Shown piece after piece: positions 28,496 to 42,030 of a stretch of DNA of 64,000 nt. Made by a program: the position numbers and the translations under genes. The stretch's first letter is position 1, and each line of letters opens with the position of its first letter. Origin of the DNA: Squalus acanthias (Eukaryota); assembly GCA_030390025.1 (NCBI GenBank), contig CM059432.1, positions 143,780,001-143,844,000 on the forward strand, read 5' to 3'. The notes under the pieces are model-generated. The model did no database searches. It saw only the letters and a list, made by a program, of their open reading frames with translations, and was not told the origin of the DNA.

Positions 28496-29199
28496 TGCAG
28501 CGCTTAAGAGGATAGACAAACTGGAGAAAGAACATATTCTTATTGGCAGGAGTTGCGCGGTCCTTAGTCAGAATGGAAGATCCCAGCGCACAGAGCGCTA
28601 TACGGTAATTTGGGTAGAACCAAGTAAGTTTCAATCTTAAAAATAATCTATCAAACAGAAAGTCAGAATAGCCAAAGGGATATTACTGTATGAAATACAA
28701 TTGCTAAATTACGACAGATGTTGATTATTCATTTGACATCCAATACATCAAGCTTACACAAAATCACCACTCACATCCATGCAAAAAATGATTAGCAATA
28801 CTTTGGAAGACTACAGGACAGGTAAAAAAAATAAAAATAATTTTTACTCATCCCTCTGTCATGTCTCAAGAATGATGTCAGAGCAAAATAAGGTCCCACA
28901 ACTGTATTCTACGGCAGAGTCTGGTGGATATGGCCATGAACAGATCTTCAGGGATGAAACTCCATAACAAAAGGTAATTAGGGAGGAAGAATCAGCCTCT
29001 TGCATACAAACTGTTGCTTTATACATTGGAACCACATTTTTAGCCTACTACTTCTTTCTGTAGTGCAACAGTTACCACTATATTGGATTTTTCTACTCAG
29101 TCCTGCAGTGAAGCGTACATATATTTGGTCTAGTATAGAGTTAATCTTCGTACAGGATGCCCAATATTTTATACCTATAATCATGCAATTATAGAACTT

Positions 29200-29640
29200 C
29201 AATCTGCATTTATACAATGCCTTTCATGTCCACAGGCGAGTTGCTGCAGTGCATCTTGTAGATGGTACACCCTGCAGCCACTTCACAGCCATTCAATTAC
29301 TTTTTGTAGTCACTGTCAGTCAGTCAAATGTGGCAGCCAATTTGCACACCTGCTAGATCCAACAAACAGCAATGAGATAATCTGTGTTGGTGACGTTGGT
29401 TGAAGGTTAAGTATTGCCCAGGACACCAGGAAAACTCCCCTGCTCTTCCTCAAATAGCACCATGGGATCCTTCACATCCACCTGAACAGGCAGATAAGGG
29501 TCTTGTTTCATGGCTTATTCGAAAGACAGGTCTCAGACAGAGCAACACTGGAGCGGCAGCCTAGATTATGCACCCAAGTCCTGCAGTGGGCTTGAATCTA
29601 CAACCTTCAGACTCAGAAGAGTGCTACCACTGAGCCAAGC
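29200..29640 (-). mobile_element. Near full-length DeuSINE
   Basis: tRNA head near 29640, Deu core, tail near 29205. Confidence 0.8.
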
Positions 29641-29711
29641 TAGCATTGTAACTCCTTATACACTAGTTACAAACAAAACCTCGACTTCAGCCTAGAAACA
29701 TTAAACATAAC

Positions 29712-30451
29712 GGCCCAGATATTCCGATCCCTACGGGGGAGTACGCGCTGTGTACCTACCCGTATGGACATCGGAAATGTTGGTTTTAGGCATGCACAGC
29801 GCGTTCACTGAAAACCGGCATTTCCGATCAGTCAAGAATGGTCTTGACAGATCCTCCGGCTGCCCTGGAGAAGGGCCTCTGCGGGCAGATAGTCCCGCTT
29901 TTTGGAGACCCTCCGCCCGCAGAAAACCCTTACAATTCTTACGCCTGATTAAAGCAGGCGTAAGGCCTGCTTTTATCAGGATAAGAGTTGAAAAAAGAAA
30001 AAAAAAATTCCACTGATTTATCATTTAAAAATACTTTTAAAAAAAGTTTATTTTTAGCCCCGTAAAAAAACTAATTTTTCTCAATTTAATTTTTGTTTAA
30101 AATACTTAATTTATTTTAATTTCAAGTCATTTAAAAAATGTGATTTAAAAAAAAAATTTATTTAAAGTTTTACTACGTTTTTGGGGTGATCTCCACTCAT
30201 ATTTGACAGGTCTTCCTGTCAAGTGTATGAAGGGAGATTCCCTTCTGTGATTGGCTCCCCATGGCCCACATGATCCCAAGGACGCTGCGAACTACATGTG
30301 CCCCTGGGATACGTGGGCCCTGCGCACTTGCAGTTTGGAGAGGCCCAGCATCGGAAGCGTGTGCGTCCCAGGAGCCCTCAGGTAAGGGCGTAGATTTTTC
30401 CAGATCGCAGGCCTCCGCCCGCGGGAGGCCTGCGATCGGAAAATACGGGCC
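29712..30451. mobile_element. Non-autonomous DNA transposon (PIF/Harbinger-like MITE)
   Basis: TIR GGCCCAGATATTCCGATC versus GGCCCGTATTTTCCGATC (reverse complement); 3-bp TSD AAC; CpG-rich arms with an AT-rich centre. Confidence 0.75.
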
Positions 30452-30989
30452 AACAAAACTCATGACAGTTACTGAAGACTTTCTTCAAATTATCAACCGC
30501 AGTACTTTTAAAATATTACTGGATGCTTTAATATGACCAGAGGACTAAGAATCCATTGGTTGAATGGTCTTTTCTTGCTCTTGATTTTTTAGGCTAAGCA
30601 TAACCTGAAGGGAGTCATTAATCTTCAAATCTTCTGAAATGACAAAGGGGAATGTCACTAATGGGCTACTTTAAAAGAATTCATTATGATACCAGTACAT
30701 AGCTCTTTTACCAGCATGGGATTTAAAGGAGTGCAGCAAGTTAAAAAATGTAAAAAGAACTCATCTCATCACGCCATTTTGAAAAACACAAAAACTAGAG
30801 TCACTAACACTGAGCAAAGAGTAAACGAGCCAATGTAACAGAAATCTGGGTAAAACAACTTTATAGCCTCTTCGCTAATTCCATCAGGAATGCTGTTTCT
30901 AACCAGATGAGGCAAAGGGAATGCAGGAACGTAAAGGGAAACCAAACAAGTTACATTATGGTGCTTAAGATTATGACAGCTTCAGTATA

Positions 30990-31345
30990 CAGGAAACTCT
31001 CGTTTAAAAGGCACCTAAATATCCGGAACACTAATAACCGGCAGAATTCATACTCTGAAAACTACAGTATACAGTAGTTTAAAAGTTTTGTTTTACTGTT
31101 AAGTAATTAAAGAGTTATGGATTACCCTCAACTGGCAGTACTGTACTTAATCAAGCATCTTCCACCATCCATTTAACACAACATTCTGTAGGGGAGTACC
31201 CAATTATACTGCACATTTCTTTATTTTTTTTTAATTTTTGTTAGTTAAAAATAGCCTCGGTAGATATACCTCTCCGTTATCCGGAATTTTTAATCAACCG
31301 GCACCATCCCGGTCCCGTCGGTGCCGGATACTAAAGAGTTTCCTG
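30990..31345. mobile_element. pogo/Tigger-like MITE
   Basis: TA|CAGGAAACTCT...AGAGTTTCCTG|TA. Confidence 0.85.
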
Positions 31346-32014
31346 TATTTAGAAGAATAAAATGCCGTGCAAATTCTGTTGTGTTATAAGTTGTTTTAAT
31401 AAACTTGGTGTAAAGGGTGGAACGCTAAACTTCTGTAGAATTTCAACTTTAAAAGCTAACTGAAAGCAAGCAAAAACAGTACAAGCTAAACGGGAGTAAA
31501 ATCTGAATTATAAAAACATGTTGCCTAAATAGTTGTTTTTTTAAAAAAAAGCTTGTATTTTGGCAAGTTTTATTTAAAAAATATCAGCCAGCATTTCAGG
31601 ATTTGAGAAACAAATTGTTATGATCATAGTTTGTGACGGTACAACCCTTAAATCGAGCAGCTGGACAAGACCTCCAGAACGCAGCAATTAAAGGTTTATG
31701 GTGTGGCCGAAAAGGATCAAAGAAGGGGAGTGGACAAGTATTGTTTTACAGGGGGAATGACAGTATTTGGAGTTCAAAATAATATCCATTGGATATTAAA
31801 GAAAAATTTAAAATGGTGTCAAACATGGCAGCTTTTGTTTCCTTGCTTATTCAACCCAAACTTTCAGAAAATAGGCTGTATTTATCGCATGCAACTTGGA
31901 TGCAGAAAACTTTACATCCCATTAAGATGTCAAGCTACACTAAAGCCCAACAAACGTGCCAGTAGATATAGCAAGGTTTTTTTCTCGAAGTATTTTACTT
32001 ACTGACACCTTCCA

Positions 32015-35000
32015 CTTATTCAATGTTCAGGCAACACATCACAGGTAGTTGGGTACACAAGTTTGCAGAGGATACGAAACTCAGAAATGTAGTATACAAT
32101 GAGGCTGATATAACATACTTCAGGTGTGCATAGATAGACTCGTGAAATGGGCAGACATATGGCAGATGAAATTTAACGCAGAGAAGTATGAAGTGATACA
32201 TTTTGGTAGGAAGAATGAGGAGAGGCAATATGAACTAAATGGTACAATTTTAAAGGGGGTGCAGAAACAGAGACCTGGGAAAGTATGTACACAAATCTTT
32301 GAAAAGTGGCAGGACAAGTTGAGGAGGCCATTAAAAAAGCATATGAGATCCTTGGCTTTATTAATAGAGGAAGAGAGTAAAAATGCAAGGAAGTTATGCT
32401 AAACCTTTATAAATCACTGGTTTGGCCTCAGTAGATTCTATACACCACATTTTAGAAAGGATATCATGGCCTTAGAGAAGGCGCAGAGGAGATTTACTAG
32501 AACGGTACCAGGGATGAGGGGCATCAGTTATGAAGAGAGACTGGAGAAACTGGAGTTGTTCTCCTTAGAAGGTTTGGTAGTGTTCAAAATCATGAATGGT
32601 TTGGTAAGAGTAAATAAAGAGAAACTGCTTCCAGTGGCAGAAGGGTCAGTAACGAAAGGACACAGATTTAAGGTGATTGGCAAAATAACCAGAGGCGACA
32701 CAGAACATAAGAAATAGGAGTAGAAGTAGGCCATTTGGCCCCTCGAGCCTGCTCTGCCATTCAATAACATGGCTGATCTTCTACCATGGGAACACCACCA
32801 CCTCCAAGTTCCCCTCCAAGTCACACACCATCCTGACTTAGAAGTGTATCGCCGATCCTTCATCGTCGCTGGGTCAAAATCCCGAACAGCACTGTGGGAG
32901 TACCTTCACCACACGGACTGCAGCGGTTCAAGAAGGTGGCTCACCACCACCTGCTCAAGGGCAACTAGGGATGGGCAATAAATGCTGGCATTGCCAGCGA
33001 CGCCCTGATCCCATAAACAAATTTTAAAAATCTCCACTTTCCTGCACTATCATATCCCTTGATTCCCTTAATACTCAAAAATCTATCGATCTCTGTCTTG
33101 AATATACTCAACGACTGAGCCTCCACAGCCCTCTGGGGTAGAGAATTCCAAAGATTCACCACCCTCAGTGAAGAAATTTCTCATCAGTCCTAAATGGCCG
33201 ACCCCTTATTCTGGGACTGTGACCCCTGGTTCTAGACTCCTCAGCCAGTGGAAACATCCTCACTGCATCTACCCTGTCAAGCCCTGTAAGAATTTTGTAT
33301 GTTTCAATGATATCATCCCTCATTCTTCTAAACTCTAGAGAATATAGGCCGAGTCTACTCAATCTCTCCTCATAGGACAATGCCCCCATCCCAGGAAATA
33401 GTCTGGTGAACCTTCGTTACACTCCCTCTGTGGCAAGTATATCCTTCCTTAGGTAAGGAGACCAAAACTGTACACAATACTCCAGGTGTGGTCTCACCAG
33501 GGCCCTATATAATTGCAGTAAGACGTCTTTACTCTTATACTCAAATCCTTTTGTAATAAAGGCCAACATATCATTTGCTTTCCTAATTGCTTGCTGTACC
33601 TGCATGTTTACTTCGTGATTAGTGTACAAGGACACCCAGGTCCCTCAACACCAATATTACCCAATCTCTCACCATTTAAAAAATACTCTGCTTTTCTATT
33701 TTTCCTACCAAAGTGGATAACTTCACATTTCTCCACATTATATTCCATTTGCCATGTTCTTGCCCACTCACTTAGCTTGTCTATATCTCCTTGAAGCCTC
33801 TTTGCATTCTCCTCACATTCCCACCCGGATTTGTATCATCAGCAAACTTGGATATATTACATTTGGTCCCCTCATCCAAATCATTGATATAGATTGTGAA
33901 TAGCTGAGGCCCAAGCACTGTTCCTTGCGGTACCCCAGAAGTTACAGCCTGCCAACCCGAAAATGACCCGTTTATTCCTACTCTTTGTTTTCTGTCTGTT
34001 AACCAATCCTCAATCCATGCTAGTATATTACCCCCAATCCCATGAGCCCTAATTTTGTTTAATAACTTCTTGTGTGGCACCTTATCGAATGCCTTCTGAA
34101 AATCCAAATACACCACATCCACTGGTTCCCCCTTATCTATTCTGCTAGTTACAACCTCAAAAAGCAAGTCAAAAAACAGGTGTCAAACACTATTTCCTTT
34201 TCATAAATCCGTGTCGACTCTATTTTTATTTTCTAAGTGCCCAAGATTCTAGCATTTTCCCTACTACTGATGTCAGGCTAACTGGTCTGTCGTTCCCTGT
34301 TTTCTCTCTCCCTCCTTTCTTCAATAGTGGGGTTACATTTGCTACCTTCCAATCTGCAGGAACCACTCTAGAATCTATGGAATTTTGGAAAATGACAACC
34401 AATGCATCCACTATCTCTATAGCCACCTCTTTCAAAACCCTAGGATGTAGGCCATCAGGTCCAGGGGATTTATCAGCTTTCAGTCCCATTAATTTCTCCA
34501 GTACTTTTTTTTTTACTAATTTCTTTCAGTTCTTCATTCTCGCTAGACCCTTGGGTTCTCCACTATTTGAGGGAAGTTTTTTGCATTTTCTTCCCTGAAG
34601 ACAGACACAAAGTATTTGTTTAATTTCTCTATTTCCATATTCCCCATTATAATTTCTCCTGTCTCAGCCTGTAAGGGACCCACATTTACTTTCACTAATC
34701 TTTTCCTTTTTACATACCTACAGAAGCTTTTACAGTCTGTTTTTATGTCTCTCGCTAGTTTACTCTCATTCTATTTTCCCTCTGTCAATTTCTTGGTCCT
34801 CCTTTGCTGAATTCGGAGATCCTCCCAATCCTCAGGTTTACTACTCTTTTTGGCAACATTATAAGCCTCTTCCTTTGATCAAATACTATCTTTAACTTCT
34901 CGTTAGCCACGGTTGGACCACTTTTCCTGTGGGGTTTTTGTGCCTCCAAAGAATGTATATTTGTAGTAAATGATTTGTTCATTCTTTAAATGCTAGCCAT

Positions 35001-35614
35001 TGCTGGTCTACTGTCATACCTTGTAACACAGTTTCCCAATCGACCTTAGCCAACTCGCCCCTCATACCTACGTAGTTTGCTTTGTTTAGATTTAAGACCC
35101 TAGTTTTGGATTTAACTAAATCATTTACAAACTCAATATAAAATTCTATCATATTATGCTCACTCTTCCCTAAAGGCCCCTTTACTACAAGGTTATTAAT
35201 TAACCCTTTCTCATTGCACAATACTAGATCTAAAATAGCCTGTGCCCTAGCTGGTTCCTCAACATACTGAACTAGAAAACTATCTTGTGTACATTCCATG
35301 AATTTGTCCACCACACTATTACTGCAAATTTGATTTGCCCAGTCTATATGTATATTAAAGTCCCCCATGAGGAAACATTTTTTTTTTTAAAACAGCAAAC
35401 TGCGGTCATCTGGAATGCATTGCCCGAAAGGGTGGCTGAAGCAGATTAAACAATAACATTCAGAAGAGAATTGGATAAATACTTGAAGGGAAAAAAATTA
35501 CAGGGCTATGGGGAAAGAGCAGGGATGGGTATTAAATGGATAGCTCTAGCAAGGAGCCGGCCAGACACGATGGTCAAATGGCCTTCTCCTGCGCTGTATC
35601 ATTCTGATTCTATG
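32015..35614 (+). mobile_element. CR1 LINE (32015-32700 and 35367-35614) split by a nested CR1
   Basis: WQMKFNAEKYEVIHFG; agaggcgaca at 32691-32700 continues as atgaggaaac at about 35368. Confidence 0.85.
32701..35366 (-). mobile_element. CR1 LINE with endonuclease and RT remnants, split by a Zenon-like 3' fragment (32781-33028, +)
   Basis: MGDFN, ILDLVLCN, DKSPGPDGLHP, FADDT; tail at 32701. Confidence 0.9.
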
Positions 35615-36679
35615 GCATCAGGCCCACCACAAATGGTAAGTGTACTTGTTAGCATATGCGTTGTAAGAGGAAAAAACAGCAAGCCTTCACTAAGACAAAC
35701 TGGGACAGTTTTATCCAGTTAAGCATTGAAGTATTCACAATTTAATGGTCACATTGATGTTTCCATACAAGGTTAACTTTAAAAAAAAATTTGAACAGTT
35801 CAAACATTAAATCGAATAGGCACGCAAGCTCGGCAAAACTGAGGGGGGGGATGTGAAATAATAAAGCCTTTCTGTTCCCAATAACGTCAGGAATGAGACA
35901 CGGGTTCGTTATTGCTGTGAACTATAACCAGTTTGTTTACAACATCAAATATTCATTAAAGTCTGCAGTGTATGTGCCAGGTCTGTGTGCACAGGTAAAT
36001 ACACATTATATTCCAAGTCAACTGGATTCTTCCCTTGCCACAGGTGATGGCTACATAGAACATCATTAAGCAGCTCGAGAAGGATCTGGTTTGATTGGCA
36101 GCCAACCAAGGAGGAAGAACTGAAAAGTAGCCAGCCGCAGTTCACAGAGCACTGCAAAGTTACATGTTCTTAATAGGCAAATATGAGCTACACTTATTGT
36201 AGGGTTATGGTGTTGACTCAAATGATTGATGTACGGAGTCAAATTTTATGATTAAACAGACAAGGAGTGCGGTTTCAGAATAAAGGCAAATATTTAACAG
36301 TAATCTTCAAACATTTAAATGAAGGCACGAGCTACTAAGGTTCAAGTCACCAGTCTTCTAGTCGTGTGTGTTTTTAAGCAGTGCCATCATTTTTTTTTGT
36401 AGAAACTACCATTGTTGCTTTTAAAAGCCATTCGAATTTTACCAATTCTGGAAGCTGGTGATGCAGGAGTGCTGAGCAACCTTCACCATTTGGTCTCTGC
36501 TCAAATGAAGCCAATATGATCATCCAAATTTACACCTCATTTGTTTTTCCCATCGTGTTGGTATCAGCGGGTAGTTTTTGCAAAGCAGCTGGCTATCCTG
36601 AACAAGCAGGAATTTTAACACAACTTGACGTGACCTGCTTCTCTGTACTGCTGGACAAAGGTTTTAAAAAAATATTATA

Positions 36680-37159
36680 CAGTAAATTCTTTCGTATCCG
36701 GCACCTACTGGACCAGGATGGTGCCGGTTGATTAAAAATTCCGGATAACGGAGAGGTATACCTACCGAGGCAATTTATATATCTGCCGACCTCAGACCAG
36801 AAGGTGGTAATTCTGTGGGGGTGTTCCGAACTCAGGAGGGGAGGTGGGACACGGAGTGGCAATGGCCCAAGCTGGTTTTGTAAAAGCCGAAGGAGCACAG
36901 CTGCTTATTCTGACCCCACAAATATACAGTAAAACTTACCTTTGGATTCCTCTTCGGCTGGACGGCCAGCTGATACTGTGCGGGGAAGATTGCAGCACCC
37001 ACAGCAACGGCGGGGACAAGTGGTAAGTCATTCCCCACCATTTTCGGGACACGACTGCCCCGTTCCTTCTGGGGTGGAAGCCTCAAAACCTACTCCTGAA
37101 TTTTGCCGGTTATTAAAGAATTCCGGATGATTAAGTGCCGTTTAAACAAGAGTTTACTG
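36680..37159. mobile_element. pogo/Tigger-like MITE, related to 30990-31345 in opposite orientation
   Basis: TA|CAGTAAATTCT...AGAGTTTACTG|TA; shared block ccggataacggagaggtata.ctaccgagg. Confidence 0.85.
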
Positions 37160-39740
37160 TATGTATAAATTTCCCCACACACAGGATCGTGGTGTGAAAT
37201 GCAGTGAATTTAAAAAACAAATGTTTTCATGGACTCCAAACCCAGGACAAATGTGGCATTCCAATCAGATGTTACTGTCAGCCATACTAAAAGCTAACAG
37301 ATCAAATTTTAAAATCAGTGAAGGCAAGTTACTTGCATTCTGGAGGCTAAATGAAATATTTGATAGTTTTTCAGTAACTGGCTTTCTCGCCTGCAGCTAG
37401 CATGACTCATTACCAAATATGCATCATTTTGCAGAAGTCGCTATGAATGAAAACAGAGTGTTATCGTGTGATCAGTTCCTTTCTTGCTGAAGCCCCAAAC
37501 CATTACTGGATTGTTTTTCTCCCATGCAACCCCTCCACCCAGCAATGAAGACAGCAAAAGCTCATTACTGGAACTGCAACTCCATTTTTAACCCTTCACA
37601 TACCATAAGAGCAACCCCAACCATTGAGAGCCACGCTTCAGCTTTGTTATGACTAATCTTTATCACTCAAGTTCACTGAAGGTTACACCACCACCACCCC
37701 CCCAAAACCCACGCCCCCACCCCCCACACTCAAAAACCAGCACCACCCCCCCCCCCCACACAAAATCCTGCAGCATCCCACCATTCAACTGTTTACTATT
37801 TGAAGCAGAGAAAAATACAGGGCTGTGGAGAGAAAGGATGGTTGGGGTTCGGCAGGATTCGGATTGCTGCAATAAAGAGCCAACAGACAACGTGCCGAAT
37901 GATCTTTGTGCTGCAAACCTCTATGATTCACCAACACTGGGGACCGGCCCAGTGGCTCTTCTCTGCACCTGAACTTCATCCTCAGCCTTTTCGTTATTTA
38001 AAGAGCCGGGTGTTAAACGTCCTTTAGACACTAGAATCCGATGACTTCGAAACTGATTGATTGGACGAGAGCGTGGAACACGACACGATGTCTTCAACAC
38101 CAAGAACGAGTTGCAAAAAGGAATGCTCGTGGATAAACAGGTTTGACAAATGTTACCACTAACACCAAGTACATCAAATACTTGAAAGTTTTCTTTCCAC
38201 GTGACAGCAGAAATTTAAATACTTTAGCTAGGAGGAGCGACAAGAAAAACTGGAGCCCTTTTCAGGAGAATAAAGACGCAAGAGGAGATGCAATGGAAGG
38301 TGTTCAAAGTGGAGGTTTTGATAAAGTAATTCATGAAAAAAGAGGGTACGAGTTATTTTAACGCAGAGGGTTGTTAGGACATGGAATGTCTGCTAAGACA
38401 GTGGAAGCAGAATCCATAATAGCTTTTAAAAGGAAGTGGTCCTGCTAGCCCACAGACGGCCAGATCTATTGAATTAATTTCACAACCGGACGTTGCGATT
38501 TGGGATACAGTTCGATACTATGGTCACTACACTTCCATACCTACAATGGGGGTTGATCGCTTAAAAAGAATAAGTTTATTTGCCCCATGTGTGTCTTTTC
38601 CTTGTTTTTTTACACAATGAAAATAGTCAAATATTTTCTTTTTTTTTTTAAATTGTACGTAATTTACTGAACTAAAATATTCAAAACTTCAGAATATCCT
38701 TGACAAAATAAACTTGCTTGTCTGCTGCAAGCTGTAACCACTCAGCAATTTGAAAAACAAAATGCCAAAGTTTCAAGCAAGTGGTCTAAAACTGGAATTT
38801 CCACTTCTGGAGATCTGGGGTCAGATCTAGTTGAAGAGCTGCTGGTGTCTAATAGCTTCTATGAAGATTAGCCACTTTTGGTGCAGTTCCAACTCACTCT
38901 CCAGCCTCTGGATAGCTGGCCTTACAAGCCTTAGTACAATTCACTGCAACCCTTTTTCCCTAGTTACAAATATTCAGCAGCAGAGATGCTCCCAATTCGT
39001 TCCGGTCTTCCTTCACTACAAATAAAAACTCCACTGTAACGTGCACCCATATGAAAGCCATACCAGTACACTAATATTTTGCTTTCAGACAAACCTCTGA
39101 CCCTCCCACTTAAATAAAAACTGAATAGCAATGTCAGTAAAATAGTTTTCTTTTTAAAGTAAATCACAAAAGCATCAAAACTGGTTTAAGTGAAACCCAA
39201 CTTTTCCACTATCAACAGGTCTTCATTCCGAGGTAAGTAAAGACCGTCTTAATTGGGTGGTGAATAACTCGGCATATTTCCTTTAAAGGAAATTTTCGCA
39301 GCGCTAGGGAAACCACAAAGCTCATTTACAGAAACCTCCAACTACTTAGCCCAGTACAGCTGTAACACGGTCACGAAAAGCAGCTTTTATTTTTGCATGG
39401 GGGGGAGCCACGATGAGCAGTACAGTGTAAAGGGTTCAACCGTATTTCTGTTACACTCCATATATCTCCAGGTAGTTTTCATTTCAAAACGTTAAGCTGT
39501 GCGCAACTTCAATGAGGCAACTCAGTCTTGTTGAAAACTTCACCTATTTTTAGAAGCCCATTAAAAACCGTCTTGCAACTTTGATAGAATTAACTGTTTA
39601 ATCTACTGGTTCAAACAACTCGGGCTAAGGGTGACGATTCAAGTACTGTTCAAAGAGCACAGAGGTCTCCCAGAGTCCTGACTAACATTATCTATTCATT
39701 TACCTCTCTGCTGTGCGTGGGACCCTGCTGTGTGCACCTT

Positions 39741-40146
39741 GACGTATAAAATTCTCACAGGGCTAGACAGACTGGGTGCAGGGAGGATGTTTCCCCTGAC
39801 TTGGCAGGGTGGGGGGGGGGGGGGGGAAGAAGAGGAGGTCGAGAACGAGGGGTCACAGTCTCAGGATACGGGGTATAACATTTAGGACTGAGATGAGGAG
39901 AAATTTCTTCACTCAGAGGGTGGTGAACCTGTGGAATTCTCTACCCCAGAAGGCTGTGGAGGCCAAGTCACTGAATATATTTAAGAAGGAGATAGATAGA
40001 TTTCTAGACACAAAAGGCATCAAGGAGTATGGGGTGAGCAGGAATATGGTATTGAGATAGAGGATCAGCCATGATCATATTGAATGGTGGAGCAGGCTCG
40101 AAGGGCCGAATGGCCGACTCCTGCTCCTATTCTATGTTTCTATGTT
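39741..40146 (+). mobile_element. CR1 3' end inserted in a DeuSINE (about 39650-40253)
   Basis: SRTRGHSLRIRG...RVVNLWNSLP; ttctatgtttctatg tail; SINE core resumes after 40146. Confidence 0.85.
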
Positions 40147-40471
40147 TGACTGCCATGTTTGCCTACATAAAGGGACGATACTTCAAATTAATTTGTTTGC
40201 TGTGAAGCACTGTGACATCCTGAGGAGGTGAAAGGCTCTATATGAATGCAAGCTTGTCCCTGTTCCTAAAGGTGGAACAAACTACACAAGCCAGTATGCT
40301 TTGTTGATTTCATAGCTCAAATTGCTCCCACAACTAAAACCAACGACAAACCAATTTATCCAGGACTTCATCCCATTAAATAGCTCAAAATGCTCTTTCC
40401 AGATACAATCCAAATCTAGAAGAACAAAACCTCCAGAGTGTACAGTAACCGAGTTCTTCCTATAATTCTTT

Positions 40472-40555
40472 AGCAGTAGTGTTCCCAGTGGCCTAAAGCA
40501 CTGGATTTAGGCTCTAGTCTCTTTAGGGGTGCGTGTTTGAATCCCGCCACTGTCA
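40472..40555 (+). pseudogene. tRNA-Leu(TAG) pseudogene
   Basis: Aligns with tRNA-Leu: ctggattTAGgctctagtctct, long variable arm, T loop gtttgaatcc (from GTTCGAATCC); CpG-type decay and a damaged 5' end. Confidence 0.8.
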
Positions 40556-41098
40556 AGGTACAAAATTCAGATGTTAACTTGCAGCAGTGTGTATTTTTGC
40601 ATTTTCTGGCAGTTGCTGTGGGTCAAATGGCCTTCTGCACTGCAATTCCTGTGATTCTCAGAGTCCAACTGGATGTTATAAAAATTCATATACAGATTTT
40701 GCTCCACTGAAATCCTAGGGATTTCAAGAAATTTCATATATCCATTACACATTACTGAAAGCCTAGTTAGAAACATAGGAATGTACAGGACTGGGTCAGA
40801 TCATTTTGATCCAACTATCCAGCACCAGAGTTTAAAAACAGAATACACATTTAACTACCAAAAATCCCTCAATTGATTTTCTCAGTTGCCTGTGCGACTC
40901 CCTCTTAAAATTTCTGATATTATCAACCTCAAATCACCTTTGTGCACAGCCCATTCCAAACATTCACTACTCTCTCTTTGAAATGGTAACAGATCTGCCC
41001 ATTAATGCTAAGAGTGTCATCACATAACCCCTCATTGCCAGTGTCAGATGTATTGTGAATAAGGATTAACTGGTCACTAATTCTTGAATATCTTTTCT

Positions 41099-42030
41099 CA
41101 GTCTCAAAATTAGAGCGAGGCAATTTAGGAGTGAAATCAGGAAGCACTTTTTCCCCCCACACAAAGTATAGTGGAAATCTGGAACTTGCTTCCCCAAAAG
41201 TCTGTGGATGCTGAGGGTAAATTAAAATACTGAAGCCAGAGATCGATAGATTTTTGTTGGGTAGGAACATAGGAGCAGGAGGAGGCCATTGAGCCCCTCG
41301 AGCCTGTTCCGCCATTCAATGAGATCATGGCTGATCTGCAACCTAACTTCAGATAGTAGAGGGTGGTGAATCTTTGGAATTCTCTACCCCAGAGAGCTGT
41401 GGAAGCAGAGTCATTGAATATATTCAGGGATGAGATAGACAGATTTTTGAGCAACAGGGGAGTCAAAGGTTATGGGGAGCGGGCAGGAAAGTGGAGTTGA
41501 GGCCAAAATCGGATCAGCCATGATCTCATTAAATGGCGGAGCAGGCTCGAGGGATCGAATGGCCTGCTCCTATTTCTTATGTTATGATACCTGCCTTTGG
41601 CCCATATCCCTTCATTCCTTTGGTTAACAGAAAGCGATCAATCTCTGATTTAAAATTAACAATTGATATAGCATCGATTGCCATTTGCAGAAGAGAGTTC
41701 CAAACTTTTACCACCCTTTGTGTGTAGAAGTGTTTCCTAATTTCACTCCTGAAAGGTCTGACTCTAATTTTTAAGACTATGCTCCCGAGTCCTAGAATCC
41801 CCAACCAGTTAAAATAGTTTCTCTCCAACTACCCTATCTGTTTCCCTTAAATCTTGAAAACTTTGATCAGATCACCCCTTAACCGTCTAAATTCTAGAGA
41901 ATAAATTCTAGGGGTAAGGGTATCAATGGATATGGAACAAAGGCAGGTAAATGGAGTGGTGGTACAGATCAGCCATGATCTAACTGAATGGCGAAACAGG
42001 TTCAAGGGACGGAGTGATCTGCTCCTCTGC
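41099..42030. mobile_element. Triple nest of CR1 3' ends (outer +, middle -, inner +)
   Basis: Outer + 41099-41263 and 41911-42030; middle - 41265-41347 and 41588-41903; inner + 41352-41587. Confidence 0.75.

Noticed and set aside
37690..37760. C/G homopolymer runs (also 23943, 39807, 62497) as functional G-quadruplexes
   Set aside because: Low-complexity runs, mostly inside repeats; no evidence of function.
39240..39420. NF-kB-like and RUNX-like motifs as an enhancer
   Set aside because: Short motifs are expected by chance; conservation cannot be assessed here.
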